Positions 38,199 through 47,186 of a stretch of 49,605 bases of DNA are shown here, in pieces. Origin of the DNA: Candidatus Hydrogenedentota bacterium. GTDB lineage: Bacteria; Hydrogenedentota; Hydrogenedentia; Hydrogenedentales; GCA-2746185. Numbering within the stretch: the stretch's first letter is position 1; each line of letters starts with the position of its first letter. The translations under genes and the position numbers were made by a program. The stretch lies in contig JAYGCN010000196.1 of assembly GCA_046583315.1 (NCBI GenBank), positions 1-49,605 of the forward strand, in the 5' to 3' direction. The notes under the pieces are model-generated. The model ran no database searches and was not told the DNA's origin. It worked only from the letters and a program-made list of their open reading frames with translations.

Positions 38199-38333
38199 GT
38201 GTAACTCCCATTGCTTCGCAGGAAACTATTGTCGCATATTGACTCAGGTGTAGCCAATAGTCGTATGAATGGTCGGCTCAACCTAACGAAACTTTTCAAG
38301 GTGCGAAGGGAATTCCGGCCCGATTCCGGCCAT

Positions 38334-38360
38334 TAAAGATTTCCCAAAATGTGCCGATAA
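38334..38360 (+). promoter_or_regulatory. sigma28 (FliA/SigD/WhiG-type) promoter
   Basis: TAAAGATT-N11-GCCGATAA, i.e. TAAA-N15-GCCGATAA, the consensus with exact spacing. Confidence 0.8.
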
Positions 38361-38365
38361 GTGGT

Positions 38366-38536
38366 ATGTAAGACCGAGACACAGAAGTCAAGGGACCACG
38401 ACACGGATGTCAATGTAAGAGACCATATTTTGACGAGCTATCGGGCGTTTTCATCCCATTCGCCACAACGGTAATTCTCAAAGGTCTACCCCTCCTTGAG
38501 TGTGCTATGGCATTTGCCATAGCCGCTCTTTTTTTT
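38366..38536 (+). ncRNA. Candidate sigma28-dependent small regulatory RNA (~170 nt)
   Basis: Bounded by the sigma28 promoter and a plus-strand terminator while both neighbours are on the minus strand. No meaningful ORF. Contains a GACA-CGGA-TGTC hairpin and a CCCCTCCTT anti-SD tract. Confidence 0.7.
38498..38536 (+). terminator. Intrinsic terminator of the candidate sRNA
   Basis: GAGTG(T)GCTATGGCA-TT-TGCCATAGCCGCTC followed by T8 on the plus strand only. Confidence 0.85.
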
Positions 38537-38550
38537 GCCTGCCCGCCTGG

Positions 38551-39573
38551 CTAGAGAATCAGCATGACATCGCCGTAGGAGTAGAAGCGATATTTTTGTT
38601 CGACCGCGTGTTTGTAGGCATTCATCATCGCGTCCAGGCCGCCAAACGCGGCGACCAAAGCAAGCAGGCTCGATTTGGGAAGATGGAAGTTTGTGATCAA
38701 CGCATCCACGCCAACGAAGGGATAGGGCGGGTAAATGTAGCAGTTGGTAAGCCCCGCTCCTGTGCGATATGAGCCGTCAATGTATTGCGTCTCGAGCACA
38801 CGCGTCGATGTCGTCCCCACCGCAACAACTTTGTGCTGATCCGATCGCGTTTGATTGAGTAGTTTCGCGGACTCTTTGGTGAACACAAACTCTTCGGGAT
38901 CAACCATGTGTTTATCCAGCTGCGTCACGGAAATTGGTTTGAAGGTTCCGTACCCGACATGTAACGTAAGCGTCGTGCGGTTGACACCCTTGTCCCCCAG
39001 CGATTGCAAGAGCTCTTTCGAAAAGTGAAGGCCCGCAGTCGGTGCTGCAACGGCTCCGTAGGCCCGCGCATAGACCGTCTGATAGCGTTCCGCATCAACC
39101 TCGTCATTGGCATCACGTTGAATATAGGGAGGTAGCGGAATTTCACCGTTCGCCTGAAGCACGCCAAGCACATCACTATCCTCAAAACGAATGCGACGGC
39201 GACCGCCCGGCAAGGGTTCCAATACCGTGGCCTCGACATTCTTGCCGATCAATATTTTGGAACCGGGTTTGGTTCGCGACGAAGGACGTACCAATGCTTC
39301 CCATTCGCCCAGACCCAATTCGCGCAACAAAAACACTTCTATTTTTCCGCCGGTAAGCTTCTTGGCTTTTAGGCGGGCACGAATGACGCGGGTATCGTTC
39401 ATCACAAGCGTGTCACCCGAATTGAGATACTCACCGATGTTGGCAAAGGTATCGTCTTTAAAGCTACCCGACTTTCGATCCACAACGAGAAGTCGTGAAT
39501 CGGTTCGATTTGGCGCGGGTTCCTGCGCGATGAGTTCGTATGGGAGATGATAATCTAATAATTCCGTTTTCAT
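38551..39573 (-). CDS. queA: S-adenosylmethionine:tRNA ribosyltransferase-isomerase
   Basis: DYHLP.ELIAQ.P, NDTRVIRAR, PLPPYI, YQTVYA, AAPTAGLHF, LHVG.GTF, VGTT, TNFHLPKS and YRFYSYGD. Confidence 0.98.
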   Translation of the reverse strand: MKTELLDYHLPYELIAQEPAPNRTDSRLLVVDRKSGSFKDDTFANIGEYLNSGDTLVMNDTRVIRARLKAKKLTGGKIEVFLLRELGLGEWEALVRPSSRTKPGSKILIGKNVEATVLEPLPGGRRRIRFEDSDVLGVLQANGEIPLPPYIQRDANDEVDAERYQTVYARAYGAVAAPTAGLHFSKELLQSLGDKGVNRTTLTLHVGYGTFKPISVTQLDKHMVDPEEFVFTKESAKLLNQTRSDQHKVVAVGTTSTRVLETQYIDGSYRTGAGLTNCYIYPPYPFVGVDALITNFHLPKSSLLALVAAFGGLDAMMNAYKHAVEQKYRFYSYGDVMLIL

Positions 39574-39647
39574 GATGCGAAACTTTATCATCTGAGATTA
39601 AATGGTACAAACTTTTTTTATCATTATTCGAAGTATCGCGCAGAATC

Positions 39648-39676
39648 TTGACTTGTCCGGTAAGTTTAGAAATAAT
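39648..39676 (+). promoter_or_regulatory. sigma70 promoter of the Rrf2 gene with an overlapping putative Rrf2 operator
   Basis: TTGACT-N17-AATAAT. The dyad-like CTTGACTTGTCCGGTAAG covers the -35. Confidence 0.55.
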
Positions 39677-39704
39677 ACGCCTTCCAATCAGACCCGAGGT
39701 GTTT

Positions 39705-40118
39705 ATGAATATTTCTTCGCGATGCGACTATGCGTGCCGTGCAATTGTCGAGTTGGCGCAACTTGCGCCGGATGCAGCAACCATGACCGCAACAGCCATC
39801 GCAGAAAAACGCAATATTCCGGAGAACTATCTCGTTCACATATTGCTGGAATTGAAGAAGGCAGGTCTACTGGCGAGTGTGCGCGGGGCGCAAGGGGGCT
39901 ATCGTCTCGCGAAAAAACCCGCCGAGATAACGCTACTGGCCATTGTTCTGGCGGTAGATGGTCCGTTGATGACTCCCCCGCCGTGCGCCGATGACAGCTC
40001 GGATGAGCTGGCTACCGCGTGGAAGGGTGCGACAGGACAGATCGAGAAGTTATTGGATTTGATCACCGTAGAATCAATCGTGGATACCACCGACAAAGCC
40101 AATATGTATTTCATCTAG
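39705..40118 (+). CDS. Rrf2 family regulator, CymR-like
   Basis: YACRAIVELA, IPENYL, SVRGAQGGY.LA and C-terminal MYFI. It lacks the IscR three-Cys cluster motif. GAGGT SD. Confidence 0.9.
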   Translation: MNISSRCDYACRAIVELAQLAPDAATMTATAIAEKRNIPENYLVHILLELKKAGLLASVRGAQGGYRLAKKPAEITLLAIVLAVDGPLMTPPPCADDSSDELATAWKGATGQIEKLLDLITVESIVDTTDKANMYFI

Positions 40119-40187
40119 GCTTGGCGCGGCACCAGAATACCCCGTGGTGTGCCGGACGAAAAGACCGATGGAACGACGCTTCGAAAG

Positions 40188-40496
40188 TTACTTCGCGAAG
40201 TCCCAGATGGCCGCTGACTCATCCATGGCAGATACCAACTCTTCCCCATTTTGTGATTTCGAACTTTCAGACTCGCTCATTTGCTGGTTTTCTAGGTAGA
40301 AAATGTAATCCACCGGCTCACGCAGTACGCGGGCGGCCTTGAGCGCGATATTGATCGAGGGATTTAACCGACCTTTTTCGATCGCAAGGATCGTCTGGCG
40401 GGTTACCCCAATCTCACGGGCCAAGTCCGATTGGCGCAGGTCCAAACGGGCACGAAGTTCTTTCACACGATTTTTTAAGATTAGTTTCTCATTCAT
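40188..40496 (-). CDS. XRE/Cro-like HTH regulator
   Basis: NRVKELRA..DL.Q.DLA..IGVTRQTILAIEKG..NPS...ALK.A......VD.IF. Confidence 0.92.
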   Translation of the reverse strand: MNEKLILKNRVKELRARLDLRQSDLAREIGVTRQTILAIEKGRLNPSINIALKAARVLREPVDYIFYLENQQMSESESSKSQNGEELVSAMDESAAIWDFAK

Positions 40497-40703
40497 AATG
40501 ACGCATCATACATCGGCTTCTCAGTTTTGTCAAGAGTTTTCTATCACTTTTTGTATTTTAGTAAATATATTACCATTTGTACCTTTTTTCCCCACTTATT
40601 TGTACCACATCAACTCGAATTCAGCAAGTCGCCGTGGTATAATCCGCTCTTGGCATGTAATAATTCGCTTTATTTCGTATAATTATCATTTTGAGGGCCG
40701 GGC

Positions 40704-42116
40704 GTGTCTACTAATTTCTGCGGGATTGACTTCGGAACGACCAATTCAAGCGTCGCTCTGTCCGATGGGCAGCATGTCCGGGTGCTGCCAATTGACGAGT
40801 TTAATGTGAATCCCACCTCGCTACCCTCCCTCCTGTACATTTCCAAAGATGGTGAACAGATTGTCGGTCGCCAGGCCGCCAACACTTTCATCGAGCGCAA
40901 CGTGGACCGCGAAGTCATTCTGAAACAGGTGGAGTTGGGCATTCACATCCAGGGATACGTGGGCGGTGAAGGCGACAACGATTACGGAAGGATCGTCAAC
41001 AAGGATCCGACTAACGTGACCGAAGCCGTCAGCGCCAAGGCCATGATCGAAGTAAACTCGCCGGGACGTCTGTTTCAATCTCTGAAGACCCTCTTGCGTA
41101 TGAAACAATTCAAGGGCACAGAAGTTTTCGGAACCCAATACCAGATTGAAGAATTGACGGCCATCATCCTGCGCAAGATCAAAGCGGCGGCGGACGAGGC
41201 GGCCGGGCAGGACATTGATTCGGCTGTGTTCGGTCGCCCGGTACGTTTCTCCACGCGTGAAGGTGAGAATGAAACGGCCGAACGCCGACTGGAAACAGCC
41301 GCGCGGCTCGCGGGCTTTAAGAACATCTCCTTTTTTTACGAACCCGTCGGCGCGTGTGTTGAATATGCGATGACGGATGAGCGTAAGCAACGTCTGCTGG
41401 TGGTGGACATCGGCGGCGGTACCTTTGACGTGTGCATCATGGAGTTCGGTGGTCAACACGGCACGGCGGAGCGTCTCAAGAACAGCAAGATTCTCAGCGT
41501 GTCGGGTGTGCCGATTGCCGGTGACGCGATCGATCAGGAAATCACGCGCGAAAAAATGTTCCCCTGCTTCGGAAGCAATGCGCGCTACGGTCCGTCGAAT
41601 CTGAAATTCCCGCAATACCTCTTCAACACCATCATCGACTGGCAGAACATTTACAAGCTCAACACCGAAGAGACCATCAACTGGTTGATCGCGGCGGAAT
41701 CCAGCTCGGATCAACCCGAAACTGTGCGGGCGTTGCGTTCGCTCATCCAACGCAACTACGGGTACCCTCTGGCGCGCGCCGTTGAATCGGCCAAAATAAA
41801 ACTCTCCTCCTTGCCCAATGCCTACATCGATTTCGAAAAGACGGACATCGACGTACACGAATTTATCCATCAAGATGAACTGGCCGAGATCATGCGTCAC
41901 ATGCTCGAAAAAATGGAAGAGTCCCTTGCCGAAGCGGAGAAACTGGCGGGAATAGGACCGGGCGATATCGATCGCATCCTGACCACGGGCGGCACGAGCC
42001 TCATCCCGGCGGTTCGCAATATGTTGAAACGGCGTTACGGCCCCGATAAACTGCACTCGCGGGATACCTTTACCAGTGTGGCCTCGGGACTGGCCATCGT
42101 GGCGCAACACACCTAA
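40704..42116 (+). CDS. Hsp70-family ATPase (YegD-like, no substrate-binding domain)
   Basis: GIDFGTTNS, FGRPVRF, YEPVGA, VDIGGGTFD, TGGTS and FTSVASGL. Confidence 0.9.
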   Translation: MSTNFCGIDFGTTNSSVALSDGQHVRVLPIDEFNVNPTSLPSLLYISKDGEQIVGRQAANTFIERNVDREVILKQVELGIHIQGYVGGEGDNDYGRIVNKDPTNVTEAVSAKAMIEVNSPGRLFQSLKTLLRMKQFKGTEVFGTQYQIEELTAIILRKIKAAADEAAGQDIDSAVFGRPVRFSTREGENETAERRLETAARLAGFKNISFFYEPVGACVEYAMTDERKQRLLVVDIGGGTFDVCIMEFGGQHGTAERLKNSKILSVSGVPIAGDAIDQEITREKMFPCFGSNARYGPSNLKFPQYLFNTIIDWQNIYKLNTEETINWLIAAESSSDQPETVRALRSLIQRNYGYPLARAVESAKIKLSSLPNAYIDFEKTDIDVHEFIHQDELAEIMRHMLEKMEESLAEAEKLAGIGPGDIDRILTTGGTSLIPAVRNMLKRRYGPDKLHSRDTFTSVASGLAIVAQHT

Positions 42117-42119
42117 ATT

Positions 42120-43361
42120 ATGCTTGAACCGAATTCAAAATATGACACGACCCTGATTAGCGTCTCCGGCGAGGACAAACCTGGCATCAGCGCATCCTTG
42201 CTGGGTGCTCTTGCTGAGCATGATGCCATCATTCTCGACATCGGTCAGGCGGTCATTCACCAAACCCTGTCCCTGGGTATCCTTGTGCAAGTACCCACCC
42301 CCGAAGACTGGAAGGCCGTATCCAAGGAGCTCCTTTATCGCGCCTACGAGTTGGATTTGAAAATACAATTTAACTCCGTTGAGAGTGACGAGTATCAGGA
42401 ATGGGTCAACGAGCAGGGAAAAGAACGTCACATCATTACCATGCTCGGTACCACGCTTAGCGCCGAGCCGCTCGCACGCCTTACCGATATTACCCGCGAA
42501 CAAGGATTGAATATCAATGTTATCACGCGTCTGTCTGGCCGCACGCCGCTCGAAAAACGTGCCGAACAGGAAATCGCAGCCGTTGAGATTTCTGTGCGTG
42601 GCACGCCGAATGATACGGTTGCCATGCGCGGAGAATTCCTGGAGATGTCGCATCAGTATGGTGTCGATATCGCGTTTCAGGTCGACAACGTGTATCGCCG
42701 CAATCGTCGCCTCGTCGTGTTTGACATGGACTCGACACTGATTCAAGCCGAAGTCATTGATGAACTCGCGCGGGATGCCGGAATCATGGATCAGGTTTCC
42801 GCAATCACCGAGCGCGCGATGCTGGGCGAAATTAATTTTGAAGACAGCCTTCGCGAACGCCTGGCACTGCTGAAAGGTTTGGACGAAGAGGCGTTGGCCG
42901 CGGCCTACGAGCGCATCGACATCACGCAAGGTGCCGAAAAACTCATCGCCATGCTGAAACATCTGGGCTACAAAGTCGCGTTGATTTCGGGAGGCTTCAC
43001 CTACTTCGCGAATCGCTTGAAAGAACACTTCGGCATCGACTATGTCTACGCGCATGAACTGGAAATTATCGACGGGAAACTCACGGGAAACATCACGAAC
43101 GACGTGATCGACGGACCACGGAAAGCCGAAATCCTTCGGGAAATCGCCGAGGCTGAAGGCATCGTACTCGAACAAGTTATTGCCGTCGGCGATGGCGCGA
43201 ATGATTTACCTATGCTCAGCGAAGCAGGTCTCGGCATCGCATTCCAGGCCAAGTCCGTCGTGCGTGAAAATGCCGATCACTCCATCTCCACGGTCGGCCT
43301 CGACGGTATCCTCTACCTCATCGGTGTGCGCAACCGTGAAACGCTCGAGCAGGTGCGGTAA
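42120..43361 (+). CDS. serB: Phosphoserine phosphatase with two ACT domains
   Basis: SGEDKPGI ACT domain and HAD motifs FDMDSTLI, ISGGF, K and VGDGANDL. Confidence 0.97.
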   Translation: MLEPNSKYDTTLISVSGEDKPGISASLLGALAEHDAIILDIGQAVIHQTLSLGILVQVPTPEDWKAVSKELLYRAYELDLKIQFNSVESDEYQEWVNEQGKERHIITMLGTTLSAEPLARLTDITREQGLNINVITRLSGRTPLEKRAEQEIAAVEISVRGTPNDTVAMRGEFLEMSHQYGVDIAFQVDNVYRRNRRLVVFDMDSTLIQAEVIDELARDAGIMDQVSAITERAMLGEINFEDSLRERLALLKGLDEEALAAAYERIDITQGAEKLIAMLKHLGYKVALISGGFTYFANRLKEHFGIDYVYAHELEIIDGKLTGNITNDVIDGPRKAEILREIAEAEGIVLEQVIAVGDGANDLPMLSEAGLGIAFQAKSVVRENADHSISTVGLDGILYLIGVRNRETLEQVR

Positions 43362-43449
43362 TCGCGCCAGAAACACGCGTCTTTACACCTTCCGCATGCA
43401 CCACGTATAATAAGCCGTTGGTGAAAAACGATTTACAGGGGAATTGATT

Positions 43450-43788
43450 ATGCTTCCAAAAGGTCTTGGCGGGCTGGGTGACATGGCTGGTTTGATGAAA
43501 CAGGCCATGGAAATCCGCTCGAACATGGATGAAATCAAGGAACAGCTGGCCAATGAGGTGGTGGAAGCGGACGCGGGCGGCGGCATGGTGCGCGTGAAGT
43601 TCAACGGCAAGCTGGAACTAATCTCGCTGGAGATTGACCCGGACATCGACACCTCCGATGATCGCGAAATGCTGGAGACGCTTATTGCCGCCGCGGTAAA
43701 CGAAGGCCTCCGCAAGACGCAGGATCTGCTCAAGAATAAAATGAGCGAATTGACGGGCGGCATGGATATCCCGGGCCTTACTTCTTAA
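43450..43788 (+). CDS. ybaB: YbaB/EbfC nucleoid-associated protein
   Basis: LMKQA, AGGGMV.V..NG, EMLE.LI.AA.N and TGGM.IPG. TTTACA-N18-TATAAT lies upstream at 43382-43411. Confidence 0.93.
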   Translation: MLPKGLGGLGDMAGLMKQAMEIRSNMDEIKEQLANEVVEADAGGGMVRVKFNGKLELISLEIDPDIDTSDDREMLETLIAAAVNEGLRKTQDLLKNKMSELTGGMDIPGLTS

Positions 43789-43815
43789 TCCAATCAAACC
43801 CTTGGAGCACTTCCG

Positions 43816-44748
43816 TTGAACATTGTTTTTTTTGGCACACCCGATCTGGCCCTTCCGACGCTTGAACGCTTGTCGGCGGATCATACGATCACGGCGGTGG
43901 TGTGTCAGCCGGACAAACCCGTAGGCCGCAAGAAGACACCGCAGGCCCCTCCGGTAAAAGTCTGGGCAGAAGAGCACGGCATCACGGTACAACAACCCGT
44001 GAAAATGAATGACGGGGCATTCGAGTCCTGGCTTCGTGATCAACAGCCGGATGTCTGCGTATTGGTAGCCTATGGTCGCATTTTGAAGCAAGCCGTTCTC
44101 GACATACCAACGCAGGGGTTCATCAACGTACATCCGAGTTTACTCCCTCTCTACCGTGGCCCCTCCCCCATCCACACCGCTGTTCAGAATGGCGATGCGG
44201 AAACGGGCGTGACCATCATGCGCCTCGACGCCGGCACAGACACGGGCGACATCGCGTTACAGGAATCGGTACCGTTGCCGGAGAACGCGACGACTGCTGA
44301 TATGGCCGGGACGCTGGCTGAACTGGGCGCTGAACTTACCTCGCGCACCTTGGCGGCTCTGGAATCCAATGATGCCGTATTCGTCAAACAAGACGGTTCT
44401 CTGGCGACCCATACGCGCATGATCGTGAAGTCCGACGGCGCGCTGCATTGGGAACAACGCGCGGAGGATTTGCACAACCAAGCTCGGGCATGCGTTCCCT
44501 GGCCTGTCGCGTATTGCACCTACAACGAACATCGCCTGCGTATTTACAACACGCGGGTCATCAAAGAAATCGTGGAGGCCCAGCCCGGCGTCATCGTTCG
44601 CATTGAGGACGACGCGCTGATTGTGGCCACAGGAAAATACGCTCTGGCCATTCACGCCATTCAGGCGGCTGGCAAAAAAATGATGTCTATCGCTGACTAT
44701 CAAAGGGGAAACCCCTTTCAGGTCGGCGAGAAATTTGAGGATGGTTAA
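43816..44748 (+). CDS. fmt: Methionyl-tRNA formyltransferase
   Basis: IVFFGTPD, QPDKPVGR, VAYG.IL, INVHPSLLP.YRG.SPI and D.G.DTGD. Confidence 0.97.
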   Translation: MNIVFFGTPDLALPTLERLSADHTITAVVCQPDKPVGRKKTPQAPPVKVWAEEHGITVQQPVKMNDGAFESWLRDQQPDVCVLVAYGRILKQAVLDIPTQGFINVHPSLLPLYRGPSPIHTAVQNGDAETGVTIMRLDAGTDTGDIALQESVPLPENATTADMAGTLAELGAELTSRTLAALESNDAVFVKQDGSLATHTRMIVKSDGALHWEQRAEDLHNQARACVPWPVAYCTYNEHRLRIYNTRVIKEIVEAQPGVIVRIEDDALIVATGKYALAIHAIQAAGKKMMSIADYQRGNPFQVGEKFEDG

Positions 44749-46086
44749 GTGCCCGTAGATCCCGTTCGCGATGCAGCAATCGATACCCTGTTACGTGTTT
44801 TTGATAAAGGGGCCCGAACCAATCAGGCCCTTGAGCGCACCATCACGCGTCGGGGAAGCCGACTTTCTTCGCGTGGCCGTCGCTTCCTGACACATCTTGT
44901 GTATGGCACCACGCGCCACACGACGCTCACGGATCATGTTCTGATTCCACTGCTCGCAAAACCGATCAACAAACTCCCGCTCGCGATACGGCTGATCTTG
45001 CGCATGGGGGTCTATCAATCCATCTTTCTCGACAGCGTGACCTTTCCCGCGATGGTACACACCTCGGTAGACCTCGCCAAAAAGAAGGGGCATGCCGGCA
45101 CCGCGCGACTCGTGAACGCGGTCCTCAATAAGGTACCGCAGACACTTGACGAAATCACGTTTCCGGATGCGAAAGAAGATCCAGGATTGTATTTGTCCGT
45201 TCGCTACTCGCTGGAAAAGTGGGTATGCGATCGCTGGGTCGAACAATTCGGCTTCGAACGCGCCGAAGAAATTTGTACCGCGTCAAATGAAGAAGCACCA
45301 GCCACACTTCGAGTAAACACAACATTGACGACACGCGATGACTTGCTCGCGAGCATGGTCAAGCTGAAAATAAACGCCGTGGCCGACCCACTGATTCCGG
45401 ACGCCATCACGCTTACCGATTCGAGCGCGCCATTCAAATCGAAAGTTTTCCAGGAGGGGCATTTCTACATTCAGGACCCCGCGTCCATGCTTCCCCCCCA
45501 TCTTCTGGAGCCGCAAGCGGGTGAAACCATACTGGATATGTGCGCGGCACCGGGCGGCAAATCGACACACATCGCCCAGCTGACCAATAATGGCGCCCAG
45601 GTGATTTCGAACGATTTGGGCGGGCCGAGTTATTGGCGCATGCAGGAGAATATCGAGCGCCTCCAGCTGGAGAACCTGTCTCTGGTGGTGTCCGATGCGA
45701 CGCAATTGGCGTTTAGGGGGCCTTTTGACCGTGTTTTACTCGACGCACCGTGTACCGGCATGGGAACCTTTCGGCGCCATCCTGAATTAAAGTTTCGTAT
45801 GGGGCCCAAGGCTCCAAGGCGTCTGGCGAAGACCCAAGTGACTCTTTTGCGTTCCGCCAGTGAAGTCTGCAAAAATGGTGGCATTCTGGTCTATTCGGTG
45901 TGTACCTTTACACCCGAAGAAACCGAGGAACTTGCCAAAACGATAACGGGGGAGCTAGCGCTGACATTGGAAGATGGACCAGCTTGGCTTGACAAATGGA
46001 AAATCAGCAAGGGCCAGTACAAAATAATTCCGGGTCCCGGCCAGTTGGACGGGTTCTACTTGATGCGATTGCGCAAGCAGTCCTGA
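44749..46086 (+). CDS. rsmB: 16S rRNA m5C967 methyltransferase
   Basis: NusB-like N-terminus (LVYGT, LRMGVYQ, LVNAVL), QD..S, LDMCAAPGGKS, LLDAPC.G.G and VYSVCT. Confidence 0.95.
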   Translation: MPVDPVRDAAIDTLLRVFDKGARTNQALERTITRRGSRLSSRGRRFLTHLVYGTTRHTTLTDHVLIPLLAKPINKLPLAIRLILRMGVYQSIFLDSVTFPAMVHTSVDLAKKKGHAGTARLVNAVLNKVPQTLDEITFPDAKEDPGLYLSVRYSLEKWVCDRWVEQFGFERAEEICTASNEEAPATLRVNTTLTTRDDLLASMVKLKINAVADPLIPDAITLTDSSAPFKSKVFQEGHFYIQDPASMLPPHLLEPQAGETILDMCAAPGGKSTHIAQLTNNGAQVISNDLGGPSYWRMQENIERLQLENLSLVVSDATQLAFRGPFDRVLLDAPCTGMGTFRRHPELKFRMGPKAPRRLAKTQVTLLRSASEVCKNGGILVYSVCTFTPEETEELAKTITGELALTLEDGPAWLDKWKISKGQYKIIPGPGQLDGFYLMRLRKQS

Positions 46087-47165
46087 ATTCGATCCTTTTC
46101 GTATTTCAGTTTATCGGGTGGACGGTGCGGTGGAGCTTCATGACGCTGTTCTTTATCGCGGTCATGGGCGGTGTCGCCTATTACGTTTTCAATCAGGCGG
46201 TACAAGGCGGCAAGCTGGTCACAGTACCGGAAGTCACGGGCATGTCCATTACCCAAGCGGCCAACGTGATTACCCAGGCCGGACTCGAATTGGGCGCGCA
46301 ACGTCAGGTCATCAACGATCAAGTGCCGGAGTACCACGTCATTTTACAGCGCCCGACGCCGAACACGGTCGTACGCGCGGGACGCAAGGTCAATCTCACC
46401 GTGAGTCAGGGACTGGAAACGATCGCCACGCCCAACTGGATTGGCAAGCGTATTGAAGACGCGCTGGTCGAAATTGAGAATGCGCGATTCCTGAGCGGCT
46501 CCATAGCGCGCATGCCGCACAACTTACCACGCGACACGATTCTGGCACAAGAACCCGCCGCGCTGTTGCGGGTTTCGCACGGTTCGGAAGTTCACCTGCT
46601 CGTGAGTGACGGCCCTGCCACGCAAGTTCAAATCATGCCCGACCTAATTGGTAAATCGCTTGAAGAAGCGCAGCTGACGCTCGGCATGCTGTCGGTGCAA
46701 GCCGTACCCTACAAAATTAACCGAGCCGGAACAGAATACGAGACCGTGTTGGCGCAACACCCCCAGCCGGGCACGCTGCTCAAGGAGAATCAGGAAGTCA
46801 CCTTCGATATCCGCCTGCGACCAACCTCTTTTTTACCCAATGCCCGCCGGAAAGTGTCCATCGCGTACACCGTTCCCGACGCACCGACACGCGTGGAAAT
46901 ACGCGTTGAAATGATCGGCGAATCGGGCCGACGCACGGTGATGTACCCCAACGTCAGAGATTACATCGATGGTCGCCCGCCAAAATTGGCACCCGGCACG
47001 GTGATGACCTTTCCACCCATTGCCTTCGCCAACGAGATCACCGTGCAGTTTTATATCGGTCGCCAATTGCATCAGACCTACTATTACAATGGCGATAATC
47101 CACCAATGATTACCGACAATGTGCGACCCACTGTCGCTCGACCAGGCGAAAATTCACTGCTCTAA
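45996..47165 (+). CDS. Membrane-anchored triple-PASTA protein without a kinase domain
   Basis: TM helix followed by three PASTA repeats (VPEVTG..., TPNWIG..., MPDLIG..., each with Q.P..G) and a C-terminal beta domain. The start is uncertain (45996 overlaps rsmB; 46140 is an alternative). Confidence 0.85.
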   Translation: MENQQGPVQNNSGSRPVGRVLLDAIAQAVLNSILFVFQFIGWTVRWSFMTLFFIAVMGGVAYYVFNQAVQGGKLVTVPEVTGMSITQAANVITQAGLELGAQRQVINDQVPEYHVILQRPTPNTVVRAGRKVNLTVSQGLETIATPNWIGKRIEDALVEIENARFLSGSIARMPHNLPRDTILAQEPAALLRVSHGSEVHLLVSDGPATQVQIMPDLIGKSLEEAQLTLGMLSVQAVPYKINRAGTEYETVLAQHPQPGTLLKENQEVTFDIRLRPTSFLPNARRKVSIAYTVPDAPTRVEIRVEMIGESGRRTVMYPNVRDYIDGRPPKLAPGTVMTFPPIAFANEITVQFYIGRQLHQTYYYNGDNPPMITDNVRPTVARPGENSLL

Positions 47166-47186
47166 CGAACCTTTCAAGGAAAACCA

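Noticed and set aside
38199..38311. NAD or preQ1 riboswitch near nadE/queA
   Set aside because: No recognisable aptamer on the minus strand upstream of either gene. The structured element is on the plus strand with its own promoter.
38500..38772. 90-aa plus-strand ORF as the target of the sigma28 promoter
   Set aside because: It starts inside the terminator hairpin and runs antisense to queA.
40821..43175. Long antisense ORFs (429 aa and 346 aa) opposite the Hsp70-like gene and serB
   Set aside because: Stop-free antisense frames are a known codon-bias artefact, especially opposite Hsp70 genes, and these show no independent motifs.
2225..44168. KOPS (GGGNAGGG) polarity around dif
   Set aside because: Copies at 2225 (+), 30590 (-) and 44161 (-) point toward dif, but one at 14922 (-) points away. 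They are too few, my scan was not exhaustive, and the motif may differ in this lineage.
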